Of a DNA stretch of 21,341 nucleotides, positions 16,626-21,341 are shown in pieces. The notes below the pieces were generated by a model that was not told the DNA's origin, did no database searches, and saw nothing but the letters and a program-made list of their open reading frames with translations. Position numbers and translations under genes: made by a program. The stretch is from Candidatus Asgardarchaeum abyssi. Its GTDB lineage: Archaea > Asgardarchaeota > Asgardarchaeia > Asgardarchaeales > Asgardarchaeaceae. The stretch spans positions 1 to 21,341 of the forward strand of contig JBECUL010000039.1 of assembly GCA_040225955.1 (NCBI GenBank), given 5' to 3'. The stretch's first letter is position 1, and each line of letters opens with the position of its first letter.

Positions 16626-18110
16626 TTAGCCTAGGAAACCTCTTATACAGCCCATTTCCAGTACAAGGTCTATCAAGTTGGAGAAGTCTCCGCTTTTTAG
16701 TTTTTCGAGAAATATTTTTGCAAGCTGTGCATACTCTGGGTTTATGTTATCAAGGAGTCCCATATCATACAGTTTCTTCTTATAGATGTTTGATGTTCTA
16801 GGTAGTAGGAGGTGTAATGATTCTTCGTTCAGGAACTTGGTAGCATCTTTCATATCCTCTATGAAGTATTTGTTTACGTCGGATATAAGTTCTATATCTT
16901 TGTCACTTAATGTTATTATTCCTATTATTTCTGGTGGGAGGCCTATTGAGTATAATGATGCTGTAAATCTGATAGCTCTTGGGAGTTTTATTTTTCCCAT
17001 GTTTCTTGAATATCCAAACAGGCCAATGTGGAGCTTTCTTTTTCGTCTATCTGGAACGAATTTAGCGATTGAATTTATCAAGTTACTCAAGTATTCAATT
17101 TGCTTGGTATATTCTTCAGTGAATTTTTCAATTATCTGTAGGGCTCTATCGAATTCGAAGTATATGGGTTTACCTCTTTTTCTGAATTTTATTTCGTTGA
17201 TGGCATTTCTTATGATATCAGGGGGATAGTCATATTTAAAAGCTGATTGTACTGTGAATGTTTGAACGCTTGGGTATCCGCTTAAGCAGTTTTCAATGTT
17301 GGTTGGTTTGAAGTTTCCTCTGAAGGGTGGAGAACCAACACCAATGATTGGATATATTTCAACAGATATTTTTTCTGAGAGTTCCCAGAGTTTTATAAGT
17401 GCGATTTTGTTCAATAAAACTGCTGAAACAAGGCCGTAGTTTAGAGCAGGATCGCTTCTGGCCAGGAAGACACGAACATACTCAAAGTTTTTATCCTTAA
17501 GGTATTCTTCTACGATCTTGTCAGAAATCAACATGGATTCCTTATTTTCTATGAGAGGAATAACTTCTATTTCCTCAGGCTTAAATTCGCCAACCCAATC
17601 TTTTATTTTTACGTCTCCTGGGTAGAATTTGTATTCTTGAACACCAGCAACATATTTTTTGTAGTAATAGTAGACGCGATTTATTTCTTGTGCAGAGGTT
17701 GTCATAGGGAGAATAACCTCAAATATTGGCACTATGTTTTCATCACCGTAAAATATCTGAGCTACATCTGATGATCGTGGTATACTTTCAAGGGTTTCAA
17801 TGAGAACTTTCCCTTCGGTTTTTTCAATTGTTGGATTTGGAACACGGTAAGTGATGAATACGTCCTTTCCGAGGACATTTTTTCTGAAGAAGTCACCATA
17901 TCTAGTTAATAATTTCTTTACAACGAAGATATCAACCTCTTTGCCCTCATAGTCCCACATTTGTTCATCTATACCAAGGTGAGCAAAAGCATAATAGGCT
18001 TCAGTAATCTCATCTTCCCCTCCAAGAGCAGAATCTCTGGCGAAGAAGGGAATATTCACATTATCAGGATGTTGAGTGCTCATAACTCGGGGTACTTTTA
18101 GCCTTCTCAC
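16626..18110 (-). CDS. ppcA: Phosphoenolpyruvate carboxylase, archaeal type
   Basis: PRVMSTQHPDN, EQMWDYEGK, RVFLARSDPALNYG, GSPPFRG, TVQSAFKYD, LPRAIRFTASLYSIGLPPE, RGFLG. Start is GTG 18110 or TTG 18122. Confidence 0.95.
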   Translation of the reverse strand: MRRLKVPRVMSTQHPDNVNIPFFARDSALGGEDEITEAYYAFAHLGIDEQMWDYEGKEVDIFVVKKLLTRYGDFFRKNVLGKDVFITYRVPNPTIEKTEGKVLIETLESIPRSSDVAQIFYGDENIVPIFEVILPMTTSAQEINRVYYYYKKYVAGVQEYKFYPGDVKIKDWVGEFKPEEIEVIPLIENKESMLISDKIVEEYLKDKNFEYVRVFLARSDPALNYGLVSAVLLNKIALIKLWELSEKISVEIYPIIGVGSPPFRGNFKPTNIENCLSGYPSVQTFTVQSAFKYDYPPDIIRNAINEIKFRKRGKPIYFEFDRALQIIEKFTEEYTKQIEYLSNLINSIAKFVPDRRKRKLHIGLFGYSRNMGKIKLPRAIRFTASLYSIGLPPEIIGIITLSDKDIELISDVNKYFIEDMKDATKFLNEESLHLLLPRTSNIYKKKLYDMGLLDNINPEYAQLAKIFLEKLKSGDFSNLIDLVLEMGCIRGFLG

Positions 18111-18176
18111 ATTGCATCCCAAGATGATAATGCGCTTATGTTATTTAATTTTACTGAAAAAATAGTTATATTAGCA

Positions 18177-18596
18177 TTAAAGATTTTCTGGTTTTATTCC
18201 AAACTTTGATAAAGATCTGGTTAATTTACGAATATATTCTTTTATATCATCTAAATTATTTTGCAAAATTTTGTAAACTAAAGAAATATCAATATGCGCG
18301 TACGTATGTGCAAGAATATTTCTGAACCTTGCCATGCTAATTAATTTTTCTTTTAATTCTTTTGAGATTAAGTTAGATTCGGATAAAACGTTAAACACGT
18401 CTGAATAACTTTCTGCAGTTCTTAATCCTAGCTCCGTAATTGCTTTTAACCCAAGATCTATGCATCCTTGAACAACTATATAAAGATTCCATAAAATTGC
18501 GCTTGTTAAGATTTTATCTTTTAATATTTCCTCAAGTGATTTCTTACGTAATTCTTCTAATAGATTTAAAGCTTCAAGGATTTCACTCATAGGCAT
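18177..18596 (-). CDS. HepT-like HEPN RNase toxin (DUF86)
   Basis: MARFRNILAHTY carries an intact Rx4H motif; overlaps the upstream MNT gene. Confidence 0.9.
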   Translation of the reverse strand: MPMSEILEALNLLEELRKKSLEEILKDKILTSAILWNLYIVVQGCIDLGLKAITELGLRTAESYSDVFNVLSESNLISKELKEKLISMARFRNILAHTYAHIDISLVYKILQNNLDDIKEYIRKLTRSLSKFGIKPENL

Positions 18597-19005
18597 TTAG
18601 AAACCGCTCCAATTTTGCTTTTCTAATCCTTTCGATATCTTCTTTAATCTCTAGTGCTTCTACTAGTGTTCTATAAACGAAATCTTTTGTCATGCGACTA
18701 TTTCTAGTAAAGAGAAGACGCCCATTTTTTATAATGGAGTATCTTAAAAGTGGAGGGACCATGTTAAGAACTCTCACATCAATTTCGTATGGGATATCAG
18801 TTGGGAGTGAAGCTAAAATTTTAAGGAAATTATCTGCTGTATAATCTTGTAAATAGACTGCTATATCTATGTCGCTGAACTTATGAGTTTTTCCAGTAGC
18901 TACTGAGCCATAGAGATAAGCAAATATCACATTTTGATTTTGCTCCAGAGCTTTTTTTATTTTCTCTACGGCCTCGTTAAGAGTCATTTTTTTCAATTTT
19001 CGCAC
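18583..19005 (-). CDS. MntA-like nucleotidyltransferase antitoxin
   Basis: FAYLYGSVATG...SDIDIAVY, IDVRVLN..PPLLRY.IIKNG. Confidence 0.9.
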   Translation of the reverse strand: MRKLKKMTLNEAVEKIKKALEQNQNVIFAYLYGSVATGKTHKFSDIDIAVYLQDYTADNFLKILASLPTDIPYEIDVRVLNMVPPLLRYSIIKNGRLLFTRNSRMTKDFVYRTLVEALEIKEDIERIRKAKLERFLNAYE

Positions 19006-19060
19006 CTCTTCTTGCTGGTTTATATGCTAAGACATGTATTTAAAGATACAGATAATTGAG

Positions 19061-19867
19061 TTATATCGTTATGGTTTCATAGGAGATATCCCCTAGTCCA
19101 ATTTCATAGCTATATCTTATATGTGGTATATCCTCCGGTGTTAAGTCAGCAAGTTCTGGATTCACTGTTTTAAGTAGTGATAAACCAAAGGAGTCCAAAG
19201 CAACTGGGTCTGTACCAGCAAACATGTATCCCAAAGGTACTGGCTCTCCGCCATGTCTTATTTCTTGAGCTTTAATGGTAGTGGTTATGGCATCCACTAT
19301 ATGTAGATTTGTTCTTATTATGCTATTTGCTTCTCCTATTGCACGGTCTATTCTCTTTAACTTAGTGTGTATCATTATTCTTTCTCTTGTGGAGAAATAC
19401 CCTATGATATTTTTAAGAGCACATGTTATTTTGCAGATGAAATGCGTTTTGAGAACTGGAAGTGCAATAATATAGTCAAACTGAAGAGGAACTGTAGACA
19501 TCTTAATCTTATAGCCTCTTTCTGATTTTAATACTTTCATTTCATGGTCATAGAGATTAAGAAATGGAACGTTATATTTTCTAGCAACCTGAACTAAAGG
19601 ATGCTCACGAAAGATTTTATCTTTGGGTCTAAAATCAAAGGCGGGGCCGTCGCCAACAACCACTTCTTTTCCTAGTTTTGTAAGAAATTCTAAAACACAA
19701 TCAAGAGTTTCTGGGTGTGTCGTTGTAGGGTAAGGTTCAATGGAAACTAGATTAGGTTTAACGAATATTCTCTCTGCGTTTCTAAGATCATTACTGAACA
19801 TGTTTAAAATCTTAGTAATAAACTCTCTTCTGTTTTCAGTTTTGCTTACATAAATTCTAGCTGGCAT
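19061..19867 (-). CDS. DUF362 domain protein
   Basis: VKPNLV, TTHPE, LPVLKTH...TCALKN, IVDA, GTDPVALD. Confidence 0.88.
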   Translation of the reverse strand: MPARIYVSKTENRREFITKILNMFSNDLRNAERIFVKPNLVSIEPYPTTTHPETLDCVLEFLTKLGKEVVVGDGPAFDFRPKDKIFREHPLVQVARKYNVPFLNLYDHEMKVLKSERGYKIKMSTVPLQFDYIIALPVLKTHFICKITCALKNIIGYFSTRERIMIHTKLKRIDRAIGEANSIIRTNLHIVDAITTTIKAQEIRHGGEPVPLGYMFAGTDPVALDSFGLSLLKTVNPELADLTPEDIPHIRYSYEIGLGDISYETITI

Positions 19868-20019
19868 ACTTAACCCACTTAATCAAGTATATGACTTTAT
19901 TCAGGCATGTATTAATTTTGTCAACTATCTATTTAAGTTAATGGGATTTTTATAGTTCACTAAACATTGAGTAATTGTGTTACCAACTACAAAACTCTCA
20001 AAAACTTCAAAATTCGAAT

Positions 20020-20100
20020 AAGTGTTAGGGGGCAAATTTAAATATATCTATATTTATTCTCCCTAACACTTTCTAATTTCTCTGAAGTAGAAGAAATTAG
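20020..20100. repeat. Two adjacent intergenic inverted repeats
   Basis: AAGTGTTAGGG (20020-20030) pairs with CCCTAACACTT (20061-20071) around an inner TAAATATA/TATATTTA; then CTAATTTCT/AGAAATTAG (20073-20100). Confidence 0.6.
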
Positions 20101-20193
20101 TTACTCTCATGCATTTAGTGTTTTAAAAAATTGAGTTAATTTATGTGTTAAAATATGAGAGAATTAAAAAGAAAATAGAGATTATGATATCGT

Positions 20194-20886
20194 TTATAAC
20201 AGTAAGTTTGCTAAGAAGTGTATGATCATGGGCGCATAAAGTGTGTCTGTTTTTTCGTAAGCATATACCATGATTAAACCGAAAATAAATGCATGTAAGG
20301 CCCAGTACAGTGCGGAGACTAATGGAAAGTTCGGCAACATCAAAAAGTGGACGGTATGCCTAATACCGAAGAAGAATGTAGAGACTATTGTGGAAACAAG
20401 TATACCGTACTTCTTTTTCATTTCACCGTATAAGTATCCTCTATATAGCAGCTCTTCGCCTATCGGAGCCCATATGATTACATAAATTGCATAAATCAAT
20501 ATCGCATCGAATGTTGATATCCCAAATTTTAATCCAGCAGCAGTTGCCAGCTCAACGAGCGCAGCATTTAAATCAAAGTAGGGATTATTTTTTAATCCTG
20601 AGCTTTCCAGAATCAAAGCATATAGATTATCCATGATGAGTGAATAAGCAAAGGCAGCGATCAATGCTACTATAAAGAACTTTAATTTCTCATCCTTAAA
20701 GATTTCAGTAATCCTTCCAAATTTATACGATTTTGTGTAAAGCGGAATAATTATTGCTAGAGCTGCATATATTAGAAAGTATGGAGCCCAGGGGACAAAG
20801 TATAAACTTTCAATGGCGACAATAACTGTGAGAACTATAGTTACTAAAATCGCCATGTTAGGATCTTTTAATTTCTCAACACTCAT
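20194..20886 (-). CDS. CPBP-family (CAAX/Abi) intramembrane metalloprotease
   Basis: APIGEELLYRGY, FFGIRH and IIHFLAN motifs. ATG at 20886 follows GGAGG; the ORF extends to 20979. Confidence 0.88.
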   Translation of the reverse strand: MSVEKLKDPNMAILVTIVLTVIVAIESLYFVPWAPYFLIYAALAIIIPLYTKSYKFGRITEIFKDEKLKFFIVALIAAFAYSLIMDNLYALILESSGLKNNPYFDLNAALVELATAAGLKFGISTFDAILIYAIYVIIWAPIGEELLYRGYLYGEMKKKYGILVSTIVSTFFFGIRHTVHFLMLPNFPLVSALYWALHAFIFGLIMVYAYEKTDTLYAPMIIHFLANLLL

Positions 20887-21255
20887 CCCAATGATTCCTC
20901 CAAGAAATTTTAATGAAAAATATAGTATAAGTAGTATTATATTAGGTTTCTCATTAAGTTGAATAGTTATAGTCATCATCTTGGATTAAAATAAAGAAAA
21001 AATGAATTATTTAAAAATGACAAGAAGCGGAGTCTTCGTGTAAAAGGTAGTTGCACCATTTTGTTCAAAAGTTTGTGTTACAAAACAAGTTTAGCACACA
21101 TAGGTGTTTCAATATTTATATTGAGAGTTAGTTCTTCCACATAAGTTGATCTGGGGTTATTTCTATAATTCTTGGTTTTCTAGTTCATCTCCTTCTAGGT
21201 GAGTAGATCATTATCAGCCATATCTCTCACAACTAAGAAAAATAGAAACTCGTTA

Positions 21256-21341
21256 TTGACCTCCTCCCGCACTAAAGTGCGGGGAATCCTAAGATTCCCC
21301 GGCGGGGAGGTTCGACCATCCTCCACCGGGAAAAATCCCAG
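21256..21341 (-). mobile_element. Right end of an IS200/IS605 (IS1341-type) element, continuing beyond the window end
   Basis: Minus strand ends CCCGCACT-TT-AGTGCGGG-AGGAGG-TCAA, a subterminal hairpin plus TCAA end motif, with an abrupt GC jump at the boundary. Confidence 0.8.

Noticed and set aside
21080-21235. Possible minus-strand gene remnant (…RKPRIIEITPDQLMWKN*)
   Set aside because: Too short and interrupted to assign to a family.
1-21341. CRISPR array, tRNA or rRNA genes
   Set aside because: No regularly spaced repeats, cloverleaf or rRNA-like sequence seen.

Overview
AT-rich archaeal window, judged from an archaeal-type LeuRS, ppcA, BRE/TATA promoters and GGTGA/GAGGTG ribosome-binding sites. 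Housekeeping and metabolic genes (leuS, a bacterial-type thrS, ppcA, an MFS transporter, a HEXXH metallopeptidase, DUF362, a CPBP protease, a CruF-like protein) are mixed with decaying accessory DNA. That DNA includes three toxin-antitoxin modules (two damaged), an AAA ATPase-wHTH-nuclease-like gene and a broken receptor-type Ser/Thr kinase. There are three mobile-element pieces: an IS5/IS903-group right end at the start, an IS200/IS605-type right end at the far end, and a 220-bp insertion at 7038-7257. The insertion looks like a non-autonomous IS607 derivative that keeps a promoter and a TnpB omegaRNA-like scaffold but encodes no intact protein. The other main observation is that both aminoacyl-tRNA synthetase genes have long leaders with small upstream ORFs sharing a Leu-codon run (TTA-NNT-CTN-CTT-CTG) about 70-80 nt before the start codon, a possible archaeal aaRS leader-control element. 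All calls come from reading motifs by eye; no searches were run.
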